A stretch of 64,000 bases of DNA from Takakia lepidozioides (taxonomy: Eukaryota; Plantae; Bryophyta): NCBI GenBank assembly GCA_030704615.1, contig CM060732.1, forward strand, positions 74,834,001 through 74,898,000, in the 5' to 3' direction. The notes beneath the pieces were generated by a model. It had not been told where the DNA came from, searched no databases, and saw only the letters and a list, made by a program, of their open reading frames with translations. Shown one piece after another: positions 49,646 through 60,930 of this stretch. Position 1 is the first letter of the stretch. Every line of letters begins with the position of its first letter. The position numbers and the translations under genes were made by a program.

Positions 49646-52600
49646 ATGGAGGTGTTTGTGCAGGCTTGCGGAGCGAATCGCCCTCGCAAGCCACGCGCTC
49701 CGAAGGAAAAAGGTAGGGATCAAGGTCCTGCAAGGCAAAGTGCCAGACTGAAGACGATGAAGACTACGATTTTGCATGAGGGCTCTTCTGAGGACGATGA
49801 GGACGATCCACTCCTCCCACGCCAGTGCGAGGCGAGTGCGTCGTCGGCGGATGCCACGGCAAGCCGAGGAGAACATGCCCATGCTCATGTCGCAGGACAA
49901 AAACGCCCATCATCTACACTACGAACACCTTCTCCGTCTGTGAGTTATAGTTCTTCACAATGACCATGATTCTAATTATGTATGTTTTTGGTAAAATCAC
50001 GAAGAGATAGGGTATGTCTGTCAAGACAGGGAAGTTGGACAATGCAGGGGTCAGCCAAGGCACAATCACAAATGATTTCCACTAGACAAGTTGAAGTGCC
50101 AAAGGCATGATGTCAGGCCAATGTAGACTTCAGGTGTGTTCAAATTCTTTGCCCCATGAAACCAACGTCCTGGTACTAAGCTACAATGGCTACTTATAGA
50201 GATACTTGGGTTACTTATGCACCCAGAATATCAGTAAAACTTGGAGGGATACTTCTCATGGACCCATCAGGTTTGTCCATTTGAATTCTTGCTATGGATT
50301 TCAGGAACACCCCATACCTAAGAGGGCTCAAAAATGTACTGGGAGGACATCATTGGGGCCAATCAAATTTGGGAGATTTACTGCCCAAGATCATACTGAG
50401 TTTTGGGTAATCTTGTCTTTACAAATGATATGTGCTTCCAGTTTGTTTTGCCTGAATTCAAGGATTTGCTGCTTGCTGCCTATATGTATGTGTAATCACC
50501 CACATTGTACTGGGGGAATTTCTTTTCAGGGCAAGCACAAGCGCACTGGATCCACGATCCCTGCTGCTAGCAATGGAGATGGCGCCCACAAGAACGCAGG
50601 AGGTGGCCCTAACTCTCCCAACGTTGTGGGTTCTGTGCCACCAGTACCCCCACCTTATTATGGTATGCCTCAGTACCCACAGTCTGGCACTCAGTATGGT
50701 CAGGGTCAATATGGTGCTCCTCCATATGGGCAGTATGGCCAGTATCCTCCTCCACCATATTTGCCACCCCCTAATAGCTATGGGGGTGGCAGGCCACCAG
50801 AATATCCTCCTGCTTATGGACAGTATGGCCAGTATGGTCCTCGGCCTTTTGGCCAACAACCATGGCCACCAGTCCCTACTTGGCAGGATCCTGCTTTGAA
50901 TTCTCCTGAGCGCACGGAGGTCTCTGAGAGGGGAGGGTGTCGTTTCAAAGAATGATAGAACCAATGCTTTAAGGAGGGCTAATAGCTCAGCCAAAATTGA
51001 AGCTGCCAAGGTCAAGGAAGAGAGAATAGCTGCAGGTCTTCCTCCCACGGTGATTTTGACGAACCTCAAAGGAGCCCCGTATGGTCAGACCCGGAATGTA
51101 TGGCACGCTGCCCTTAAAGGACAGGCTTATTGCAAGCTAGATTGTTCCCTTGCCATCAACAACCAACCTGATGAAGTTGTATACGAAATCAGAGATCACC
51201 TGGCTAAGCTATTTTCATATACGCCGCACGAGTTAAAAGACTTCCACCTAAAACAAACAATTGGCAGAATAATGAAGAGCCAGCGTTATGAAGCACACAC
51301 TGCGTGGTTGGGTGGTAAGGGGAAACCCATTACTGTATCTGACGAGGTATGGAACAAGCTTGTAAGTTACTGGCAGACAGAGGTGTTCCACAAAGTGTCG
51401 GGCAACATGAAGAAGGCAAATGGTGCAATTCTGAATCCTACCAAGACTAGCCGTGGTGGGAAGGCAATGGTGGAAGCACGCTTGGTAAGTGGCATCATCA
51501 CGACTCTGTATTTTGTTCCTCATTGAATTGCTATGTGTATATAGTCAGCCCTCACATTGCTTACTGACTTGTGGCATGGGTTTGTTTGTGGCATGGATTA
51601 ATTTGTAGGAAACACTATCAGGGTGCCCTCCTACATTATATGAAATTCAAGAGGGTTCAGTGTCACGGTTGTCAGCTGGGAGTGACAGGCGGGTAAGTGT
51701 GTTTTCCACGTTTGCTAGAGTGGTTGCTGCATCATAGGTTGCTAGGGTTTTTTCACGGCTTTTGGCTGGGTTTTCTTTCCAATGGTTGTTCATGCTAGGT
51801 TTTTTGGGTTTGATTCATACTTGGGCAAGTTTTCATGGATTGGCAGGAGGGAAGTCTCGCATATTCTACAGTAGTTGGCAGGATGGATGGCTTGGACAAA
51901 CTGGTGGAATCACAAGGACGTGACATGGCAGAATTAAAATTACAGATGCAGAGTATGATTGAGTACCAGAAAGCCATTGTGATGAGATTGGGGATTAATC
52001 TACCAGGCGCAGGACCAGTGACATCTACGATGGATACGTCTGCTGTGACAGTATCAAAATGTTTGGAATCCCAATTTCAGACGGTAACTGGTGCTCACTC
52101 TAAGCCCTTATGTCTTCCTGTCACTGATGATCTTTTGAATTTGACCGAGCAGCAGCAGGATACAGGGAAGGCCAGCTGTGAGGTACACGTGGAAATTCAG
52201 CCCTTGCCACGTACAAAGGCAGTAGCAATCCAGGGGGCAATGGTGACAGAGCGGCCGGGCACACCGGATTCTGGTATGCAGGTATGTGGGAGTTTAGATG
52301 GGGAGGAAGATGCAGACGGGGACAAAACAAACAAGCAGGTTGCTTTAATTTCTCCTGCTCACATGTTGAAGCCAAATGTCAGTTTACTTCCTGGACCAAC
52401 GAGGAAGCATTTACTAATTCTGGACTTAAATGGTCTGTTATGTGAATCTTTTCATTTTGCTAATGGGCCTGCATCCCTTCCCAAAGGTTTTGTGGGAAAG
52501 ATGTGTGGCAAGAAGATGGTAGTTTTGAGACCACGCTGTTATGACTTTTTGCAAAAGTGTTTTGAACACTTTGAGGTGGCGGTGTGGTCTTGTTGCCAAG

Positions 52601-53776
52601 CTCGCAACTTCTTCCCAATGGTGGACTATATTTTTGCAGCCCACACTAACCTGGTTTTCCAGTGGGATGCCCTTCACTGTGACAAGGATCCAGTCCTCCA
52701 TGCCGTAAGGGGTCTGATTCAAAGCCATTATATTTCAAGAACTTGTCTACAGTGTGGGCAGACTGGCCAGAATGGACTTATGAGGACACTGTTCTTGTTG
52801 ACGACACACCAAGAAAGGCGGCAAACAATCCTCCCTTCAGTGGGATTTTTCCAGAGCCATGGAAGGTGCAACCAGATTCACCAACTGATGAGTATCTAAC
52901 AGAGGTGTTGTGGCCTTTCTTGTGGAAGGCATCGAAAGCTGCCAGTATTCCCAAGTTTTTGGAGTCTCAGCCTGTTTTCGGACAACAACCATACAACACT
53001 GCTACTGTGAAGGTACAAACATTCTGACAGTGCTCCAGAGGCTACATTTTTGTGGGTTCATTCATTGCATTGCTTTCCTGGATGCTTCTCCTCGGTTGCT
53101 TGATTAATGCTAGGTTTTCTTTGCAGCTTTTCATGTTGGTTTTTTTTGTTTGATTCATACTTGGATTTTGTTTCTATTCACTATTCTTGTTTGCTCATTG
53201 CTATCCTGGTTGATCTCTGGTCTGTGACACATGAACTTGTGACAAACAAAGGTGATATTGTCGACAAGCCGGTACAGACGAGGGGCAAGAGTGTCGAGCC
53301 GGCGAGTAGCCCCCCAAAAGAGGTCTCACCACCACTGGAGACTGCAAATGGAGTAAGTCCAGGCCGTTGTCTTGTCTGTTATATTTTTTCCAACCTTGGG
53401 GCTCTCTTTAACTCGCAAATGTTGAGTGTCCTAGTCGTGTGTATGTCATGGGTTTTCACATCGTGTTCTTTTTTGTGTGGAGTTGGGATCACAGTTCAGG
53501 GTGGGTGACGAGGTTCGGTTGTTGGATGTGAACTCCAAACGGAAGTAATGTGGAGTAGGGCTGATTGTTGCTCTTCAAGGTGCTCTGGTGGGTTACGGGT
53601 ACCCTGCTGTGCCCCTTGATTATGCCTGTGTGTACATCAAAGAGGCATGTGTCAGTAACACCCCTCTACCATATGTGAATGGTGTTAGGAAACAGACCGA
53701 GTTGGGGCAGGTGGTTGGCCAGACAACACTTTGGAGTCTAAAGTTACTGAAACTTATGGAGCTGCGGAAGGGATAG
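49646..53776 (+). pseudogene. CACTA second gene (TnpA-like): PGY-rich region, Ptta/Transposase_24-like region, FCP1/NIF HAD domain and C-terminal Tnp1-like domain
   Basis: VWNKLVSYWQTEVFHKVSGNMKKAN; KHLLILDLNGLL..LRPRCYDFL..FEVAVWS..TVLVDDTPRKA..NP (frameshift near 52720); final exon ending GQVVGQTTLWS. Exon structure only partly resolved. Confidence 0.65.
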
Positions 53777-54730
53777 TCAGTATTGCACTGTTTAACAGAG
53801 TTCTTGATTCTAATAGCACTAGAACATACTAGCTACAACAATTCAGCCCATGTGTGGGCTTACTTGTTTTTGGCTGGGCCTTTTGAGGCATGGATTTTTT
53901 GACCTTGTGGCTTTTGAGGTGTCCATTGGGATATTGGTCTCATTTGGATTTTTGTAATGTGATTTATAGGGCTTGTATTGCCCTGTAGTTGACTATTTTC
54001 ATTCTCCTTGTGGTTGATAGTATGCAGGAGGGATCCATTCTGTTTTCATGTTGGAATTTCACCATGTAATGAAGATTTTAAATCATTTAATTCACTTTCA
54101 TTTTAAATAATAATATTAAAAATAATACCATTAAAAAAAAATCCAAGGCTGCAATCTCCTTGTTCTTTTAAATATTAAATGAAAACTAAAAATTAAAATA
54201 TGAACATTAAAAATATAAACTATTTCGGAAAACAATCTTGATGACACGTGGCATCACTCTTGCTCAAACCAGAACACGTGGCAGTATATGACACGACATT
54301 CTTTATCCATATTTTCACCACGTGTAAAGATCCGTAGTCATATATGCTAGTCATATATTTTGTCTATGTGCCACATGTCACATCTCAAGTGCAACATTAC
54401 AGGAGATAAGATTGAGTACAACAACAAGAGCATTTGAAATCTTACTAGGTTCAACAGCATGTTGACTGGCAGAATGCTCCAACAGCTCCAGCAGTGTTTG
54501 CATGACATTCCAGTTAGTGTATACTTTATGGGCACTATGGGTGCTGGTCATTTCATTTGCAAAACTGTCAGGCATGGCTTGCACACCCACTTACAGTGGC
54601 TCGACTTTGCTAGCAACAAATCTGGGCTAGATAGGGTTTTCTGGTCAGTGGATAAACCACAATACTGTATTATCCCCATACCAGCATTGACATATGACAC
54701 ATGAAGCCTGATCCTTGGCTACGTATGCAG

Positions 54731-55727
54731 GTTCTGCTTTTATCCCCAGGAGCTTGTACTGGAACTGCAGTGGCCATCACGCATCATCAACATGCAGATA
54801 CTCTGCCACGAGTTCAAGGTAGTTTTTTCTGCTTTCACCCGTCTGTCTTTTTTTTGCTCTGCCATCTTGCTGCACAATTTGTCGATGTAGTCTGATCCTT
54901 TTGGTAAGGAGTTGGCCCCTACTACCTCTACAATGCCTTCATATCTCAGGTTATGCTTGAATACAGTGGTCACCTGTAACAGAGAATGTAGGATGCTAGG
55001 ACACACCATTGAACACCTTCCCAGGTTTTCAAAGAGCAGCCTAGGAGGCAGTAAGATTTCTGGTTTTCACTATTGTGAATTAGCGGAAGCGAACGTTCAT
55101 AGGATGAATTGCCAATGGATGTCTCCTTGGAACCCTATCTGCCAGCAGAGGATGTGGCAAGTTTCAGTTGCTGAACCCTTTGAAGGAAGTCACGGCAATT
55201 TCTTTCAGCTCCTGTCCATTCTAATCCAAATGCTCTTGTTGCAGATTCCATCAAAGGTGGAGGTCTTCGTGAGTTTGATGATACCTTATGTGCATAGTGA
55301 GCAGGCTGTTGGAAAGATGAAGCGCCTTGGGTAGACCTTCCTTTGCTTCTCCTTGTTGTACACGTCTTTTCAACTATTGACTGCACATGAATAATGCTTT
55401 TTCTGTCTAATCCATTTGAATGCTCTCTGCTTTATTGTCAGTGAATGTGTGTATGTCTGTGGATAGTTTGTTTCTTATTCCATTGTCTCCCTCCCTATCT
55501 TCCCTTGGACAACCCAAGCATCATCCTCTTTATTCTACTTTGTTCAGACATGTTTCAAACTCTTAAATTTTTTCTCATTGTACTTCAGATACTTGTCACT
55601 GGATCCCAATGATCGCAGTGGGCATCAGGCAAGGGAGCTCAAGAGTATTTATGTAGACTCCCCAGCAGCAGTTGTTTGCCTGGTGCTCCATAATTGCTAC
55701 ACCAATGAACTCAATGTCTACAATCAG
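54731..55727 (+). pseudogene. CEP104: Three-exon fragment of ciliary/centrosomal protein CEP104 (N-terminal jelly-roll domain)
   Basis: Exons 54731-54818 (FCFYPQELVLELQWPSRIINMQILCHEFK), 55245-55330 (IPSKVEVFV..KRLG) and 55589-55727 (YLSLDPNDRSGHQARELKSIYVD..NELNVYNQ). GT-AG introns, phase-consistent. No flanking exons found. Confidence 0.85.
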
Positions 55728-56147
55728 GTGTCCATGTTGACCCGTGGCTTTGTTGTTGTGTAGATTTGTGGCTGAAGCATCAGATATCACTTTGAGGCTT
55801 TCTTGTGTCTGCACTTTGATGTGTACAATGATGAGTGTATTGTCTGTTGAGCCTTCAATTTATTCGTGCTGTTCTCTGTTGTGTTTGCAAAACCACGAGT
55901 GAATTCCAACGGATCTGGAACAACCAAACCTTTGATTCCATCTACAGTCACTACAACAGATGAGCGTTTTTATGACTTCACATATGACTATTTTTTCAGT
56001 CTTATATGCGTTCATGACTACATCACTCTGTAGTGAAAAAAACCCTGTCATAGCGACTAGTCTTTAGGACTGCGCTTTGCAAGTCATATCCATGACTGCT
56101 TGCGTGGCACCTGGAGTCCTGCTGCAGAGAGGGTTGCAGTCACAACT

Positions 56148-56420
56148 ATATGACTACATTGTCTGTTGAGCGTTGCCTACATGGAGAGGCTTCAGCGGGA
56201 CACGTGCGCCACTGCGCAAGCGACACGTCATGTATTCGTCAGGGGATCATATGACTATATGTCTGCAAAGTGATGCCTACATGGAGAGGCGACGGATGGA
56301 CACGTGCGCCACTACGAATTTGACATGTCACAACTTCTTGCCATGATCATATGACTACATGTCTGCACAGTGATGCCTACATGGAGAGGCGCTAGCGAGA
56401 CACGTGTGCTATGGCAGATT
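56148..56420. repeat. 100-bp tandem repeat x3 in the CACTA subterminal region
   Basis: GCCTACATGGAGAGGC at 56175, 56275 and 56375. Each unit contains ATGACTA and CACGTG. Confidence 0.9.
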
Positions 56421-56438
56421 TCACACGTGGTGAGTCAA

Positions 56439-59400
56439 ATGGAGAATCTCACCAAACCGCACGTTGGACCGCCACCACTCCTTTTGAGAATTCTGGCCCA
56501 CAACGATGTAAGAAATCATGGCAGGTCAGTTTCCCAAACGCATCCCAGGTTGGGGTTCACGACTGAACTTCTGGAAAGTGCTCTTACGGCCTCAAAGGTG
56601 AAGGACCTGGTCGATGAGTATTACGGCTTTAGTCTGATGTACTTTGCACAACCTGGTGACGGAATTGCGACCTTGGATTCTGAGCTCGAAGATTTAAGAT
56701 CGAGTTTGAGTACAGAAGAGTGGGGTGACCGGTCAATTAAGATCAACGGAGCTATACAGTTTTGCAAGGCAAGCCGTCGTCGCGCCGCCCATCACTTTGC
56801 GATCCAACAGAGAGAATCGTTTATCCAGCTTTGGTGTTGTGGCCTCTTCAGCGAATCACCAACAGAAATGGACTTCAATGCGCGTTTGGGCATCCAATAT
56901 ATGAGAGACCTTGGGTCTGTAGTGCCTTGGTATCTCTGTAAGTGTTACTCTATCCACTGTCACCCCTCTCGTCGTGTAACCCCTTTGTGTGTAATCTTGT
57001 AATCATTGTAACCCTCGCTATCTATGACTTTGAATCTGGAGATGCTGGGTTGAACCCTCGATGCAGCAATGTAAGTATTTGTCAGGATCATGTGGTCAAC
57101 CTCTCTCAGAATGACCCAGCCTTCGTGGGTCCCATTGATGCGCAGGGTGACACTGCAAGGGGAGGATGCCCTGAAACCGAGGGTTACACTGCACCTGAGG
57201 GTGACACTGTGCAGAGAGGAGCAACAGGGAAGGAGGGTTACACTGCACCTCAGGGTGACACTGCGGATACCGGTGTGGCTGACAATGCCGTGAGGGACAT
57301 TGTCGTGGGTGACACACCATTGCCCGTGAACACTGCAACTTCCGTTGAGAGTGACATTGACATGGGTTACACTGATAGGGGTGACACCCCACAGCCAACC
57401 CACATGGCAGATGTCAGTGAATGTAACACTGTCATGGATGACATTCCACTACCACTAGTCGTGGAAGGTGACACTCCTTTGCCACGGCCACTAGTCGCGA
57501 CGGATGACGGTCTTCCGCTAGTCAACATGGTCTTGGAGGGTGCGGAGAAGGGCGACACAATCAAGGATGGCATTGAGGAGGTTGATGCAAAGAAGAGTGA
57601 CATCGACATGGGTGACACGGGGAAGGGTGTCACCGAGGAGGTTGTCAGTTGGAAGGGTGACACAAAGCAGGGTCACACTGAGAAGCGTTTCACTGTGGAG
57701 AGTCACAAAGAGAAGGATGTTGCGGAGCATCTAGACACTGAGAAGAGTGACACACATAAGATTGTTACTCAGCAGAGTGATACTGGGAAGGAACCCGATG
57801 AGAAGGGTGACACTGATAATGCGGCCAAAGAGAAGGGTGACACTGAGACCAGTGACACTGAGAAGGTAGCCGGAGAGAAGGGTGACAATGAGATGCGTGA
57901 CTCTGAGGAGGTAGCCGAAGAGAAGGGTGACACTAAGAAGAGTGACACTGAGGAGGTAGCCGAAGAGAAGGGTGACACTGAGAATCGTGACACTGAGGAC
58001 GTAGCCGAAGAGAAGGGTGACACTAAGAAGCGTGACACTGACAGGGGTAGCACCGAGGAGGTGAGCTGTGACACTTCTGCCCTTGGTCAATCACCTCCCC
58101 AGCACGTCTCAGACGAGGGAGTGCAGTCTTCAGCACTTGTAGCAAACTCAGAACAAGGCACCTCTGGCTCAGAAATTCCCCCTACCGGTGGCATTGTCAG
58201 GGTTGCAGAGAATCCCAGGAGGTCAAAACGGCCGCTTGCTCAAAGAAAGCGGTTGGCTGAACCCCCTAGCGCTGACAAAGAAGTATCTGTTCTTGTCGCA
58301 CCCAAAAAACAGCGAACCAAACCGAAAGGCAATAGTGCAGGGGTCTCGGAGGTTGACGTTGTCCAGCAGCAAGAGGTCCTTGCCAAGCACTTGCGGGAGC
58401 GTTCGAGGTACCTCATTGTACTTTGATCCTCTCTGATTTTGAATATTGATTATAACTCTTGTATGATGCATCGTAATGTTCGTAATGTGCGGTTTGTTGT
58501 GCAGACTAAAACAAGGGTACTTGACAAAGTTCAGAATGGTGTCGGACCCTCCTGGGGCGCCCGAAGTGAAGTTTTATTATGGCGATGCCTTCCTGGCTTC
58601 TAGTCCGTTACAGTTTTACTTGGAAGAGACAGATTTTGAGCCGATGTATAAAATAAGAGCAACTATCACAGATGCATTGCTCTCGGGTTACAACAAACTT
58701 CTGGAGGCCAAATTGTTTAAGGCTATCGCACCTGAGTTTGTCATCTGTGCTCTTTTCCAATGGCATGTCATGCGTACCAATGGTAACGATCTGCAGACGC
58801 TATTCAGGTTGGTGCAAGAATGGTACACTCAGGATGCCCGAGGGATGGTGTTCACAAAGAATCGAGATCTTGTGGACGTGGTTGTCATCCCTATTGTCTT
58901 CGAGTAAGTAATTTCAGCGTTGACTGAGCATGTTGGGTTACACTCCTGTATTCTAGACTGAGTTGCACTAGTGACTGCTGACTAGTTGTGTAACACCGTT
59001 TAGAGTTACAGTACAAAGGGTTACACTACTAGGTTACACCACAGCCGGGTTACACCACAATGGGTTTCATTGGAGATGTTTTTTTCTATTCTGACGTAAC
59101 GGCTTTATTTGTGTTGCAGTGATCACTGGAGTGTTGCTGTTTTAGAGCGCCGAGGTCGGATAGTACATTTGGACTCCCATAAAACCATTGCCCAACCCAA
59201 ACTCATTGAAGGAATTTTGCGAAATTTTGCCATAGCATTCTTTGATTTCATGCGTGGATCTGATGACTTCAGTTACGTCATGGAGAGGATGGAATGGTTT
59301 GAGGCCAGTGTCCCCCAGCAACGGAGCTATTGGGAGTGCGGCTATTATGCACTTTGTTTTGTGCAATTTTACTTGGAGTGGAAGTTTAATGTGAAAACCA

Positions 59401-59540
59401 CAGAAGATCGAACCCGTCATAGGCGGGCGTTTACTGCAAGTTGGTTCAACGAGTCAACCATGATATCTTCCCGTACTCATATGATTAGTTGGCTGTGTGA
59501 CGAGATGGACAAAGACTTGGTCAGATGGCCAAAGAAATAA
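56439..59540 (+). CDS. 3' part of MULE-borne Ulp1/C48-like (SUMO-protease-like) gene with acidic KGDT repeats
   Basis: Last exon 59120-59540 has DHWSVAVL..HLDS..VPQQRSYWECGYY (H-D-Q-C intact). Upstream exons at ~58505-58903 and ~57088-58407. The 5' part is disrupted by the CACTA. Confidence 0.75.
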
Positions 59541-60930
59541 ATAGCGTCTCTTGATGCATTTTTGCTTCTATGTGGTTTGTTCGTAACACTTCACAGTTTG
59601 GGTTTCATGCAATGGGCTTACATGGGGTTACACCTTATAAGGTTACATGAAGTGGAATCATAGACAAGTACTTGGGTACACCTTTGGGCCTTGGGGCAAT
59701 GGGCTTACACTCTGTGGGTTCACACATAAGTGATGGGTTACACCATGCCGGGTCTCACAACGTGGAGTTACACTTATGGGTTACATACAATGGGCCTAGG
59801 GTTACATGGTTGGGCCTTCCTGGCTATGTCAGGGTCACGTTGCTGAAACAGTATACTTTCGTGGCATGTAACCCCACCTCGACTATGCGCATTTGTTTTA
59901 TTTTTTTATTTTTTTCGCACTGAAGTGTTTGTGCACTGAAGTTCTCAGATTTATACTACATGGGGTTACATACATGAGGGCTATGTACAATGGGTTACAT
60001 ACGATGGGGTCACAATAGTGTGGGGGTAACATCTGGTCGGGCTACATACTTCTTGGAGTTACAACACTCTGGGTTACACTCACTCAAGAGGGTTACACAG
60101 TTCTAAGTTACACTGTGCACAATGAAAGTGGGCAGGGTTGCCTATACAAGGGCTACGTGTCGTGGGGATACATAAGATGGGGTGATGTAGCATCGGGGTT
60201 TATAGCGTGCACCCCAAATTGTACAATGGGTTACATGCGATGGGGTGACATCAATGGGGGTTACATGTGGTCGGGATACATACTTCTTGGGGTTATACAA
60301 CAACAAGTTACACTCCGGAGGGCTACACTGGTCCATAACATAGGTTGAACGGAATGATTATCTATCTCATGGATTACACGTCCATGGGTTACACACAAAT
60401 TGGGTTACACATAGAGGGGTTACACATACAGGGGCTAGTGTTGGTGACTAAAGGTGCTCGACTTCAGCATCTTCCCACTCTGTATTGAAGGGTCATGTAA
60501 CCCCGGCAAACTAACCCAGACCCTGTAGTCACATTGTAGTCATCGACTTATAATTCTCAGAGTTACACCACTGACAGCAATAGTCTATGGGGTTACATAC
60601 TGGGTTACACTGTTGATAGTTACATTGCAGTTACACTTGGAGTTACACCACAATGAGTTACACTGAAGAGGTTCACACTCATCTGTGTTACACTGTGTGG
60701 AGTACCACAGATGCGAGTTACACTAAGTAGAGATATGTTACGTTATGAAACCCCAGACAGTGTAACCCTGCGGTGTGTCACCCCGGCCCATGGGTGTCCC
60801 ATTGAGTGGGTTACATAGGTTGAATGTGGATAGAATGGCAAAGTGAATAACAACCCATGAACAGACATGTACTTCATATTAAACTTGGTGATCACAAAAT
60901 AAGTGTCATTGCCAATGGACTCAATGGTCA

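Larger units (their letters stand above)
42587..56435. mobile_element. CACTA (En/Spm) element nested in the MULE, right end inverted
   Basis: TIR copies at 42587 and 55949 (25/29 identical, same orientation), preceded by ACT and AGT respectively. ATGACTAC subterminal repeats at 42650-42890, 54333-54355 (reversed) and 55970-56360. Confidence 0.82.
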
